DNA of 64,000 bases, taken from positions 554,940-618,939 of the forward strand of contig JAVJNR010000008.1 in the NCBI GenBank assembly GCA_040217195.1, in the 5' to 3' direction. Within the stretch, counting starts at the first letter, position 1. Each line of letters opens with the position of its first letter. Of the stretch, positions 1 through 9,207 are shown piece after piece. The notes beneath the pieces were generated by a model, which saw only the letters and a list, made by a program, of their open reading frames with translations, ran no database searches and was not told the origin of the DNA. The stretch is from Leptospiraceae bacterium (GTDB lineage Bacteria > Spirochaetota > Leptospiria > Leptospirales > Leptonemataceae). The translations under genes and the position numbers were made by a program.

Positions 1-645
1 GCCAATATTCATTATTCTCTGTCTCGAAGCGGTAAGATCATTGAGTCCGACCAGGATGGAAAAGCTCTTCGCTGGGGTCTGATTCTGGTGGGTGTTTACC
101 TTGCGGTCCGATTTGTGCTACAGATTCCTCTGATTGGATCTGACTTTCGCTACATGGCCTGGAATAACCAGGACCTGTATTCTCTGGCCGCCACGGCAGT
201 ACTACCTCTGGCCCTGGCATCAGCCTATTTGCTGCTGGGCTACTGGAAACAAGCTTCCACTCCTTCGAAGCTAAAGTCCTTCGGTAATTTCTTTCTCTAT
301 ACTGGTATCATAACCTTTCTGGGTGCAGCGCTGACCCAGGGTTGGATTCAGGCCCTGAATGCTTCTTCGCTGGCCGGAGAAGGCGCAGAAAAAGCTCTGG
401 AAAATCCAGCCTGGGCACAGGTTCTCTTCGCAGGTAGCCTGGAATCAGAAGTAGGAAAGGATGCACTATTCAGTTATCTGTATTCTGTATATGGATTTGT
501 ATTAATCGGGCTAATCATGACTTTTATCGGTGCTCTGGCCGGCGTTTTGGCCGTGCTGGCAGGTTTGTCCGGAAAAGCGGCGGCTTATAGTCGCCCGAGC
601 ATGGTGAGTGAGGCCCCGGTGGCCCAGTCTGCCCAATCGCATTGA
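1..645 (+). CDS. CcoN-like (cbb3 oxidase subunit I family) membrane protein, 5'-truncated by the window edge; apparently lacks the helix X His ligands
   Basis: Frame is open from base 1 (ANIHYSLSRSGKIIESD...). It aligns by eye, without gaps, to the CcoN C-terminal region (N..L.....D...K, YxxW, TQG) and lies directly upstream of ccoO- and ccoP-like genes. Confidence 0.65.
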   Translation, partial: ANIHYSLSRSGKIIESDQDGKALRWGLILVGVYLAVRFVLQIPLIGSDFRYMAWNNQDLYSLAATAVLPLALASAYLLLGYWKQASTPSKLKSFGNFFLYTGIITFLGAALTQGWIQALNASSLAGEGAEKALENPAWAQVLFAGSLESEVGKDALFSYLYSVYGFVLIGLIMTFIGALAGVLAVLAGLSGKAAAYSRPSMVSEAPVAQSAQSH

Positions 646-664
646 GACCAAGGAAACGAACGAT

Positions 665-1333
665 ATGAATTCTCCGTTCAAAACAGTATCTTCTACCGTT
701 GTTACCACCGTGGTGGCCGGGCTTGTTGCTTTCGCAGCCAGTATCGTGCTACCATTTGGAGCTCCCGATTTGCATGGAAAGCACCAGTATACGCAAGCTC
801 CTGAAGACATTCTGGTTCTAAAAGGTCAGGAAGTCTACTATCAGGAAGGATGCCAGTACTGCCATAGCCAGGGAATTCGAGCCCAGGCCTGGGAGGTTCT
901 GCGCTTTAGCGATACAGAAAAGCTGGGGTACTATCCAGCTCCCCAGAAGCAGGCAAATCTGTTTTTTACTCCTTCCGTGCAGGGCTCCACTCGCATTGGT
1001 CCTGATCTTTCGCACATTGGACTGAAGATGGATAAATCGGCGCTCAGGGCTCTGCTCCAGAGTGATCCGTATCAGAATCCCAGGAATCCTCAGTTTGATA
1101 TGCGAACGGGAAATCATAACTACACGTATCTCTTCTCCCAGGATGAGCTGGATGCCCTGGCCCTGTCCTGGAAAGTGCGCTGGATGATGAACTTCGGCCT
1201 TCCGCTGAATGATCCCTATCAGCGCTCTGCATTCTCCAGACTGGAGGATCAGACTCGAGGAGATGCTCTGGTGGAATATCTGAACTTCCTGGGAAGCCGA
1301 CAGGCTGCTTACGATGGAGAGTTCTACCAATAA
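665..1333 (+). CDS. ccoO: cbb3-type cytochrome c oxidase subunit II-like monoheme cytochrome c (divergent)
   Basis: N-terminal TM helix, EGCQYCHSQ heme motif and GSTRIGPDL (CcoO GSKRTGPDL signature). ATG 665 follows an AAGGA RBS. Confidence 0.8.
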   Translation: MNSPFKTVSSTVVTTVVAGLVAFAASIVLPFGAPDLHGKHQYTQAPEDILVLKGQEVYYQEGCQYCHSQGIRAQAWEVLRFSDTEKLGYYPAPQKQANLFFTPSVQGSTRIGPDLSHIGLKMDKSALRALLQSDPYQNPRNPQFDMRTGNHNYTYLFSQDELDALALSWKVRWMMNFGLPLNDPYQRSAFSRLEDQTRGDALVEYLNFLGSRQAAYDGEFYQ

Positions 1334-1387
1334 GATCTCAGTATTGAGGCTTATCAGTTTTCGACTTAGAAGGATCTGGCAAGAATT

Positions 1388-1891
1388 ATGAGTGATAATA
1401 GCAATAACAAAGCCGTACCGGGATGGGTGAATTTCCTTTTCTGGGGAGCGCTGGTGGGTGGCGTGATGGTTGCCATCTTCTCCCAGGGCTTTCTGAATCA
1501 GCCGGATGCTGTGACAGTTCGTGACCAGCTGGGTCAGCGATATGTGGTTCCCAGCATTGATATTATTCCAGTTCGAGATGCAGCCGCCATTGAAGCTGGA
1601 AAAGAAACCTACGGCCGAGTTTGTGTGGCCTGTCATGGTCTCAATCTGGAAGGTGGCGTTGGCCCCAACCTCTCTGACAATGAATGGTGGCATCAGCCAG
1701 CAGCAGAGACCAATCTGGCGAAACTGGTCATGAACGGTGTTAGCGCCGGTGAGGCTCTGGGCCCCAATAAGGTTCCCATGCCTGCTCGTGGTGGCCAGGC
1801 TTTATCCAATGAAGAAGTGTGGCAGGTTATATACTATATATCTGACCAGAACGGCTCCATTGAACAGGATGCTGTTCCAACGGCTCAGTAA
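1388..1891 (+). CDS. ccoP: cbb3-type cytochrome c oxidase subunit III-like monoheme cytochrome c
   Basis: PGWVNFLFWG N-terminal TM, CVACHG, GPNLSD..W, MPARGG (axial Met). Confidence 0.8.
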   Translation: MSDNSNNKAVPGWVNFLFWGALVGGVMVAIFSQGFLNQPDAVTVRDQLGQRYVVPSIDIIPVRDAAAIEAGKETYGRVCVACHGLNLEGGVGPNLSDNEWWHQPAAETNLAKLVMNGVSAGEALGPNKVPMPARGGQALSNEEVWQVIYYISDQNGSIEQDAVPTAQ

Positions 1892-2091
1892 CTTAGTAGG
1901 CTCAGTCAAATCGCATAAGAAGATCAAAATAGTCGCCAGGCCATTCTCCTGGCAGCAATGGGATCAAATTGAAAGCCGTGTTTTCTAGCACGGCTTTTTC
2001 TATTCTAATGAGTTTCCAGTCCCAGCCTTTATGAGTTTCTACCTGTCCGGGCGGCGGCTCATGTCTACTTACCCTTCCCGCCAATCGAATT

Positions 2092-4326
2092 CTAGCCAGC
2101 ATTCACTGCCGAAACAGTCTTTGCACCGGCTGTAGCGGCAGATTCTTCACTGTTCTTAAAAAGAGGACTGTCCAGGTCCTGAATCACAAACTGAAACTTA
2201 GAGCGCTTTTTGCCTCCCCGGAATACATCCGCCTCCAGGGTGCCCAGTATCCAGTCCACAGGTATTTGAAGACCGGAAACGGTTCCTCTGGCTTCGGATT
2301 CCTGTCCTGACTGCAAAATCATCGTCTGAATAAGTCCACCTCGATTCCAGAGTACACCACGTACGGTTCGATTACCCTGCAGCGTAATCTGAGCATGGAG
2401 CCCACCAGACATGAATTTAACCTCTGTTATCACTGTGTTTTGAATTCTGAATATTGGTTCTGGATTTCCCGGACCAAAGGGCTCCAGAAATTCCATTTGC
2501 TCATAGATCTGCTTGTTCAGTGCAGAAAGTGGCAGATCCACCACCAGACCTTCGCGCACCGAATGCTCCTCTCCATTCCAACCGGTAGATTCCAACAGTG
2601 AATCCATATGAGTTAATAGAGCACCTTCAATAAATTCCAGAGCCTCCCGCTCCAGGGAGAAGCCCGCCGCTTCTGGATGGCCTCCATATTGGAGTAAATG
2701 ATCGGACACTCCTTCCAGAATAGAAAGTGCACTCAAACCACCAAAGCTTCGCACGGATCCTCGAACTCTTTCTCCATCGGGATTCATATAGACCACTGGC
2801 CTGCGATAGCGTTCCATGAGTCGACTGGCTAGAATGCCGGACACTCCGGGCTCCAGCCGATCATCATAACAGACGATTAGGGGAGCTGTGGTTTTTTCCG
2901 GATCCTTTTCCAGAAGTTCTTCTAGTATGGATTGATTCCTTCGCGTACGATCCTTGCGCTTTTCATTCAGTCTTACAAGTTTGCGAGCCAGGGCACTGGC
3001 ATCTTCCGGACTGGAGCTACAGAGTAAATCCAGGGCAAGCTCCGTTTCACCCATTCGGCCTGCCGCATTCAGTACAGGACCAATCTTCCATCCGAAGTCT
3101 CGACCGGACCAGTCCGTTCGATCTATTCGCAAAGCTGAATAAAGGGAATCCAGCCCGGGCCGAAATTCCGGTTCAGGAATAACACTGCCCAATAGAGTAT
3201 TCAATCGCATACCCAGGCGAGCCACTACTCGATTCTCTCCCAGGAGAGGTACCATATCTGTAACAAGACCGATGGCAGCCAGATCGGAGTGTTCTACCAT
3301 GAATTCCAGAAGCCGAGGTCGTTGCATTACAGCGGATGCGAACAGATATTGCCCGGCTCGCAATCGACCTTCTTCGCTTTCCACCCATGGACTGCAATTC
3401 ATGCGACTTTCATCCACCAGTTCCTCTTCCGTAATCCTTTGAATGTCTGGTTGAATGTTCATTATTCCGTTTAGGGCCAGCGGAGGCTGAATCTCTTTCT
3501 CCGCCATGAATTGGCCCATAGAGAGAAGGGATTGCTCCAGCTGTTGTTTGGCCAGGGACTCATCAGCGGGCAGCGAAGCTGGCAACAAATCCCTTACTTC
3601 TGATGGAAGCACACTGGACGATGGATCTACCGAAGAATGCAAAAAGGCACCGGTCCGGTACAGATTATAACTTCCATCCTTGCTGGCCAGAATTTCCACT
3701 CGGTTCCACAGAGCAGTATGGGAAAGTGCATAGGCAATTAGCAGTTTATAAACCAATCCCACAGTGGCGATCTTTCCTCTATGTTCCAGACTTTCGCAGT
3801 AAGGTAATAACCTTGGGTTGATAAAGGCGCAGTAGGGAATACCCTGAGGATCGGAGATAACATGGTGATCCAGAACGATAACCCTTTTACCCGCATCCAG
3901 AACTTGCTGTATCTCGCTTAAGTGAGCGCTTCCCATATCCATGAGAATGACCAGGGGCGCTCTGGATGCGATAATCCTGTCCAGAAAGCTACCTGCAAGG
4001 CCGTAATCATCCCCTTCGCTGGAGACCAGGGTATCGACCAGGGCCACTTCCGGACCGGTTCTTTGATCCAGAAATCGGTGTAGCAATGCCGTTGAGGTAA
4101 CTCCATCCACGTCCCGGTCTCCTACAAGTAAGATGGGAGACTGCTTTTGAATGGCATCATCCAGGTATTGAACGGCCAGAGCCATTCCAGGAAGGGATAA
4201 GGGACTGTGCATCACCGGATACTCTACAAAAAAGTCCGGATCGTTCAGATGCTCATAGGCAGAGTTGGCTTTTAGAGACTCCACCAGGTTTTTTCCGTCG
4301 GTTGAAATGCTATCCATCGGTTCCAC
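2092..4326 (-). CDS. recJ: single-stranded-DNA-specific exonuclease RecJ
   Basis: DHH-family motifs GDRDVDG, LDHH, DLAAIGLVTDMVPL, GPVLNAAGRMG, GGHPEAAG and LEPFGPGNPEP. Confidence 0.93.
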   Translation of the reverse strand: MEPMDSISTDGKNLVESLKANSAYEHLNDPDFFVEYPVMHSPLSLPGMALAVQYLDDAIQKQSPILLVGDRDVDGVTSTALLHRFLDQRTGPEVALVDTLVSSEGDDYGLAGSFLDRIIASRAPLVILMDMGSAHLSEIQQVLDAGKRVIVLDHHVISDPQGIPYCAFINPRLLPYCESLEHRGKIATVGLVYKLLIAYALSHTALWNRVEILASKDGSYNLYRTGAFLHSSVDPSSSVLPSEVRDLLPASLPADESLAKQQLEQSLLSMGQFMAEKEIQPPLALNGIMNIQPDIQRITEEELVDESRMNCSPWVESEEGRLRAGQYLFASAVMQRPRLLEFMVEHSDLAAIGLVTDMVPLLGENRVVARLGMRLNTLLGSVIPEPEFRPGLDSLYSALRIDRTDWSGRDFGWKIGPVLNAAGRMGETELALDLLCSSSPEDASALARKLVRLNEKRKDRTRRNQSILEELLEKDPEKTTAPLIVCYDDRLEPGVSGILASRLMERYRRPVVYMNPDGERVRGSVRSFGGLSALSILEGVSDHLLQYGGHPEAAGFSLEREALEFIEGALLTHMDSLLESTGWNGEEHSVREGLVVDLPLSALNKQIYEQMEFLEPFGPGNPEPIFRIQNTVITEVKFMSGGLHAQITLQGNRTVRGVLWNRGGLIQTMILQSGQESEARGTVSGLQIPVDWILGTLEADVFRGGKKRSKFQFVIQDLDSPLFKNSEESAATAGAKTVSAVNAG

Positions 4327-4492
4327 GATTATATGTTATTATGTCCATGTGACAAGCGAGAAAAGCCGCAGAATTCAGGCAGGCGGACCAGGCGTCAGGC
4401 AGCAGACATTGCCAGGTCATTACCAATTCCAGAAACAGGAGGACCTATTCTGCCTGGCCTGTTTGTGCCCGGAAGACGGTAATAGCCGTAGA

Positions 4493-4951
4493 TCAGTAGG
4501 GCCCGGATGAGGATTTTAATTCCTCTGGATCCGCCAGCCGGGGTCTCTGGCCTGTGGACGCTTCCAGAGGATCCAGGTATCTGGGGGTTTCGGACAAATG
4601 CCTGCCAGCCAGAGGAAATCGCTCGGACAGATCCCCTCCTTCTCGAAAGAACAATCTCTCAAGTGAAATCAAGAATCCATACCAGCCATGTTTGCGAATG
4701 GCCTTATGAGCGTAGGCGGAGCAGGAAGGATACATAGGGCATCGGGGGCCGTCCAGGTGGGTACCGGTGGTTCGATGATACTCAACCAGCGCATCCACAA
4801 GTCCCAGCCCGGGGGCCACATCTTCTTTTTCTGAAGCAGCGGTGCAGTGAATTACAGAAGAAATAGCCAGCGCTGCCAGAAAGAAAAACCTGAGCCCACC
4901 GGATCTTTCTGTGGATCTACTCCTTTTACTATGCTGGATATTACTATTCAT
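4493..4951 (-). CDS. YidD-like (haemolytic domain) protein with possible lipoprotein signal
   Basis: CPMYPSCSAYAHKAIRKHG matches the YidD CxxxPxCSxY...HG motif. Hydrophobic leader ends in VIHC. ATG 4951 has AAGGAA upstream. Confidence 0.7.
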   Translation of the reverse strand: MNSNIQHSKRSRSTERSGGLRFFFLAALAISSVIHCTAASEKEDVAPGLGLVDALVEYHRTTGTHLDGPRCPMYPSCSAYAHKAIRKHGWYGFLISLERLFFREGGDLSERFPLAGRHLSETPRYLDPLEASTGQRPRLADPEELKSSSGPY

Positions 4952-4988
4952 TTCCTTATTTTTTCCGGTTGAAAAAAGGACCGCAACT

Positions 4989-5924
4989 ATGAAAAACATG
5001 CTACAGCCTATGCTGCCGCATAAAGCCCTGAGGCACAATCTTTTCTATTACCCGGCGCTCCTGCTATTTCTGGTCTTTGAATTCTACTCCACTGCATTGA
5101 GTGCGCAGCAAGTCCAGCCCTGCAATCGCCCGCAAGGCAATGCATTATACAATGCAGGTCAATACCCCCTGGCATCCCTTTCCTTCTTTGAATCTCCCTT
5201 CGAAAAATCAACTGATTGTGCAGAACGGTACGCACTGGCACGTATGCGAGACGGTGATTTTCGCAGGGCCAGGGATGCATTACGCAATCGCTTTGACAAT
5301 TCTTCGTTGCTGCTTCGAATGTTTGCAGGCATACCACTGGGAGAGTACAACGATGTACTCTTCGATCGAGACCAATTTCTGGCCGGGGATGCGCCGGATA
5401 AACAGAAGGATATAGCGCGACTGCTGGGACTTTCTGTTTATCTTGATGCCGGGGATTACAGCCGAGCCAACCCTGGACTGGAAAGGCTTCAAAAAAGCAC
5501 AAGCCATGAAGATTTAAGATTACTTATTGGCCAGGTTCGCACAGACCTTCTGGAATACGAATCTCTGGACCGAAAGTCTCCCTGGATTGCGGGCGGACTG
5601 GCAACTCTCTTTCCGGGGGCCGGACATGTATACACAGAGCATTATACGGATGCGGCCCTTTCGCTCTTCTGGAATGGGGTATTTCTGGGCGGTGGAGCGT
5701 ACCTGTACAATCTCGAGCGAAAAGCAGATGTGAGCCATGGAGGCTCCATTGTATTTGGTCTTGCAGGACTGATATTCTACGCTGCCAATATCACAGGAGC
5801 CATCAGTTCTGCACATAGGTACAACTATTTTCAGGAAAGAAGGCTTCAGCAAAAAATTCGGGAACGATATTTTAATCTTGATTTTATTGAGAAACAATCC
5901 GGGCTTACATTCACTGTTCAATAG
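4989..5924 (+). CDS. exported/membrane protein with TPR-like N-terminus and TM2-like C-terminus
   Basis: Signal-like leader, helical repeats, and a KSPWIAGGLATLFPGAGHVY motif followed by TM helices. Confidence 0.65.
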   Translation: MKNMLQPMLPHKALRHNLFYYPALLLFLVFEFYSTALSAQQVQPCNRPQGNALYNAGQYPLASLSFFESPFEKSTDCAERYALARMRDGDFRRARDALRNRFDNSSLLLRMFAGIPLGEYNDVLFDRDQFLAGDAPDKQKDIARLLGLSVYLDAGDYSRANPGLERLQKSTSHEDLRLLIGQVRTDLLEYESLDRKSPWIAGGLATLFPGAGHVYTEHYTDAALSLFWNGVFLGGGAYLYNLERKADVSHGGSIVFGLAGLIFYAANITGAISSAHRYNYFQERRLQQKIRERYFNLDFIEKQSGLTFTVQ

Positions 5925-5966
5925 TGGCAGTAGCTCCCGGCTGGAAGGACAAATTAAGGATATACT

Positions 5967-6638
5967 ATGGAAAAGGATCCAAGACAGATTATTTCAGAGA
6001 TGTGCCAGAATTTCTATCGCCAGGGATGGGTTTCCGGCACAGGTGGAGGGATTTCCATTCGCCGGGATGACAGGGTCTACATGGCTCCCAGCGGAGTAGA
6101 GAAGGAAAAGATACGTCCGGAAGATTGCTTTGTTGTAAATCTACAGGGCGAAGTTCTGGAAACGCCAGCCAACAATACCCTGAAGCTCACTGAATGCGCT
6201 CCTCTATTTCTTTCTGCATTTGAACTGCGAGATGCCGGCGCCGTCTTGCATTCCCATTCCTCCAATGTTGTTTTAATGACTATGCTGGCCAGACGCCTGG
6301 ACGAAGAATTGTCTGTGCTGGAATTCACTCAATTGGAGATGATCAAAGGCATTATTGGGCACGGATACTTTGATACATTTGAGTTACCTGTAGTGGACAA
6401 TACAGCTCATGAATGCGACCTGACCGCATCTATGCGAAAGGCCATAGAGCGTTTTCCAGATAGTCCAGCTGTGGCCGTACGCAATCACGGAATCTATGTT
6501 TGGGGACCCAATGAAGTAAAAGCAAAGACCCAGGCAGAATGCATCGATTTCATCTGCGAGGTTTACTGGAAGATGCGCTCCGCTGGAATAGAATCTCATA
6601 TCTCAGCGCCTCCTCAAACAGCTGCGCTACAGTCATGA
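5967..6638 (+). CDS. mtnB: methylthioribulose-1-phosphate dehydratase (class II aldolase family)
   Basis: GWVSGTGGGISIR, APSGVEKE, HSHS Zn ligands, VRNHGIYVWG. Confidence 0.88.
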   Translation: MEKDPRQIISEMCQNFYRQGWVSGTGGGISIRRDDRVYMAPSGVEKEKIRPEDCFVVNLQGEVLETPANNTLKLTECAPLFLSAFELRDAGAVLHSHSSNVVLMTMLARRLDEELSVLEFTQLEMIKGIIGHGYFDTFELPVVDNTAHECDLTASMRKAIERFPDSPAVAVRNHGIYVWGPNEVKAKTQAECIDFICEVYWKMRSAGIESHISAPPQTAALQS

Positions 6639-6678
6639 TCTACCGACATCGCCAGGCCCCCCTCTGGAACCTACTATA

Positions 6679-7176
6679 GTGTCAGTCAAAGAACCTGATT
6701 TTGTATTGGACATATTCCTCCGTCCGGGGGAGTTTTTCTGGGGCGATGCTACCACCAGGATTCGCACTATCCTGGGAAGCTGCGTGGCTATCTGTCTATG
6801 GCATCCGGAACTCTGCGTCGGAGGTATGAGCCACTCCATACTTCCCCGCCGAAAAACCCCGGAGCTACCGGAAAAAGGCCAGGAAGCTCGCTATGTTGAC
6901 GATGCTATTGACCTATTCTTGAGAAACATCAGGAAATCCGGTACAAATCCGTCCGAATTTCAGGTGAAGGTATTCGGAGGAGGAAGCTTCTTCGCCGGTG
7001 GAGAAAATGACCGTTCCGTTGGGTCCATGAACGTGGCTATTACCCGGGAACTACTTCAGGATCATGGATTTCGAATTCACAAAGAACACCTGGGCGGAAT
7101 GGAAGGCCGCAATGTATTGTTTCATCTATGGAATGGAGAGGTCTGGATGAAGCGCATTGCCATAACAAATCGATGA
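6679..7176 (+). CDS. cheD: chemoreceptor glutamine deamidase CheD
   Basis: TILGSCVAICLW, GGMSH..LP, KVFGGG. Confidence 0.92.
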   Translation: MSVKEPDFVLDIFLRPGEFFWGDATTRIRTILGSCVAICLWHPELCVGGMSHSILPRRKTPELPEKGQEARYVDDAIDLFLRNIRKSGTNPSEFQVKVFGGGSFFAGGENDRSVGSMNVAITRELLQDHGFRIHKEHLGGMEGRNVLFHLWNGEVWMKRIAITNR

Positions 7177-8261
7177 TCAATGTAGCCATAGTAGATGATT
7201 CAGCGGTTGTCCAGGAGACATTCAAGCTGCTCCTGAGCCAGGACCCGGATATCCATGTATTGCATACTGCAGCAGATCCTATTTTTGCGCTGCATAAGTT
7301 TAAAAAGCAATGGCCGGATGTAATTATCACAGACATCGAAATGCCACGCATGGATGGCATAGCTTTTATTCGAGAAATTAAAAAAACTCACGATACTCCC
7401 ATCATCATCTGTTCCTCGGTTACCGGTGAACTTCCCCGGAGCACCATCGCAGCTCTGGAAGCCGGAGCCATCGAAATCATCCCCAAACCTCAGCTTGCAG
7501 TAAAACAGTTCCTCCAGGATATTGAGCACAAGGTAATTCATTTAATCAAGGCCGCCGCCGCATCCCATCCTTCGGCCCCTCCTCCTGCTCGCGAAAGCTC
7601 AGGCACCGGGACGGTACATACCATTTCCAGGTCAGTCCCTTCATCCACTTCCAACTTTGAACAATTACTGGACGATCCCAGAAGTAAGATGCCCTGCCGG
7701 ATGGTGGCCATCGGAGCGAGCACAGGTGGTGTTCAGGCTCTTGAAAGCATTATCACAGCGCTCAGGCCTCCATTGCCACCCATAGTCATTGTTCAGCATA
7801 TGCCGGAAAAATTCACAGAAGCTTTTGCCCAGAGACTGGACCATATTTCCACCGTACATGTTCGGGAGGCCAGGGATGGAGAGAATCTGAAAAATAGCAC
7901 GGTGTACATCGCTCCGGGCAACTATCATCTGGAGGTGCGCCCGGATGCGGCTGGATTTGCCTGCAAGGTATCCCAGGGGGATCCAGTGAACCGTCACAGA
8001 CCGTCGGTCGATGTTCTATTTCACTCCGTGGCCCAGCACGTGGGAAAGCTAAGCGCTGGAATACTGCTCACCGGGATGGGCGCTGACGGAGCCCAGGGAC
8101 TACTTGAAATGAGACAGGCAGGGGCCAGAACCTGTTGCCAGGATGAAGCCAGTTCTGTAGTATTTGGAATGCCGTACGAAGGTATTCGCATTGGGGCTGC
8201 GCAGACAGTTATTTCGCTGGACAGAATGCCCCAGTACATTGCCTCCCTTGTACACAGGTAA
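7173..8261 (+). CDS. cheB: chemotaxis methylesterase CheB (REC + methylesterase)
   Basis: VDDS...DIEMPRMDG receiver; IGASTGG, VQHMP, LTGMGADGA. ATGA overlap with the cheD stop. Confidence 0.95.
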   Translation: MINVAIVDDSAVVQETFKLLLSQDPDIHVLHTAADPIFALHKFKKQWPDVIITDIEMPRMDGIAFIREIKKTHDTPIIICSSVTGELPRSTIAALEAGAIEIIPKPQLAVKQFLQDIEHKVIHLIKAAAASHPSAPPPARESSGTGTVHTISRSVPSSTSNFEQLLDDPRSKMPCRMVAIGASTGGVQALESIITALRPPLPPIVIVQHMPEKFTEAFAQRLDHISTVHVREARDGENLKNSTVYIAPGNYHLEVRPDAAGFACKVSQGDPVNRHRPSVDVLFHSVAQHVGKLSAGILLTGMGADGAQGLLEMRQAGARTCCQDEASSVVFGMPYEGIRIGAAQTVISLDRMPQYIASLVHR

Positions 8262-8450
8262 TACCCTACCCCCCGTTCCCTGACCGGTTCCTGTATATAT
8301 TTGACTTTACTTAATACATATTAATTGGTAGCGGCCAGATTTTGCTTGCAAAATGAATTCACCTGCCGCTAAATCAGTTGAGATTTTCGTCAGATAGAAT
8401 GAGATTAGTCCCCCTGCACTGGCATATAGAGTTTTCAAAAAGGAAATATT

Positions 8451-8831
8451 ATGAGTAAAAAGATACTGATCATAGACGACTCTCAATCCATGCGTAGCTT
8501 CACCCGCATGGCCCTGGAGGGAGCCGGTTATGCCGTTGAAGAGGCTGTGGATGGCCAGGATGCCCTGGATAAACTGGAAAAGGAGAAGTTCGATACAATC
8601 CTTTCCGACCTAAACATGCCGAACGTTAACGGAATTCAGATGATTGAAAAAATCCGCGATGACGATCGCTATGAAAGCGCCCGCTTCACACCGATAATCA
8701 TGCTAACCACCGAATCAGAGGAAGAGAAGAAGCAACAGGGGCAAATGGCCGGGGCTCGTGCATGGCTGGTAAAGCCTTTTGCGCCGAGCCAGCTGGTCGC
8801 CGTAATGCAGAAAATTTGTCCCCTGGACTGA
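8451..8831 (+). CDS. cheY: chemotaxis response regulator CheY
   Basis: Single REC domain (IDDS, DLNMP, MLTTE, KPF) within the che cluster. Confidence 0.9.
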   Translation: MSKKILIIDDSQSMRSFTRMALEGAGYAVEEAVDGQDALDKLEKEKFDTILSDLNMPNVNGIQMIEKIRDDDRYESARFTPIIMLTTESEEEKKQQGQMAGARAWLVKPFAPSQLVAVMQKICPLD

Positions 8832-8838
8832 GGCATAC

Positions 8839-9204
8839 ATGCTGCAGATTGAGCAAGAAAGTAATCAGGGAGTCATCCTTAAAGCCTCCGGTTCCTGGAC
8901 CATCGATCAGGTGGCCGGAATCTGGAAGTTACTGACCCCTCATCTTCATGGTAACGTGGCTATCAATGCTGAAGGCGTTGAGCGGATGGATTCTGCCGGA
9001 CTACAAATACTACTTATGGCCAAAAAGAATGCAAACGATGCCGGCAATGTATTCAAGATTCTGAATCACTCGATTGCTGTTCTTAAGATTATGGATCTAT
9101 CGGGAGTTCTGGGCTCTCTTCGAGACCAGATTCGGATTTCCGCTTCCGAGAAAGAGGCCCTGAAGCTAACTTATAGTCGAAAGCGATATAGCCTCTACGA
9201 GTAG
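8839..9204 (+). CDS. STAS domain protein
   Basis: VERMDSAGLQILL STAS motif, located between cheY and cheA. Confidence 0.82.
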   Translation: MLQIEQESNQGVILKASGSWTIDQVAGIWKLLTPHLHGNVAINAEGVERMDSAGLQILLMAKKNANDAGNVFKILNHSIAVLKIMDLSGVLGSLRDQIRISASEKEALKLTYSRKRYSLYE

Positions 9205-9207
9205 ATT

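Noticed and set aside
818..1693. 291-aa minus-strand ORF
   Set aside because: Antisense shadow of the well-supported ccoO/ccoP-like genes.
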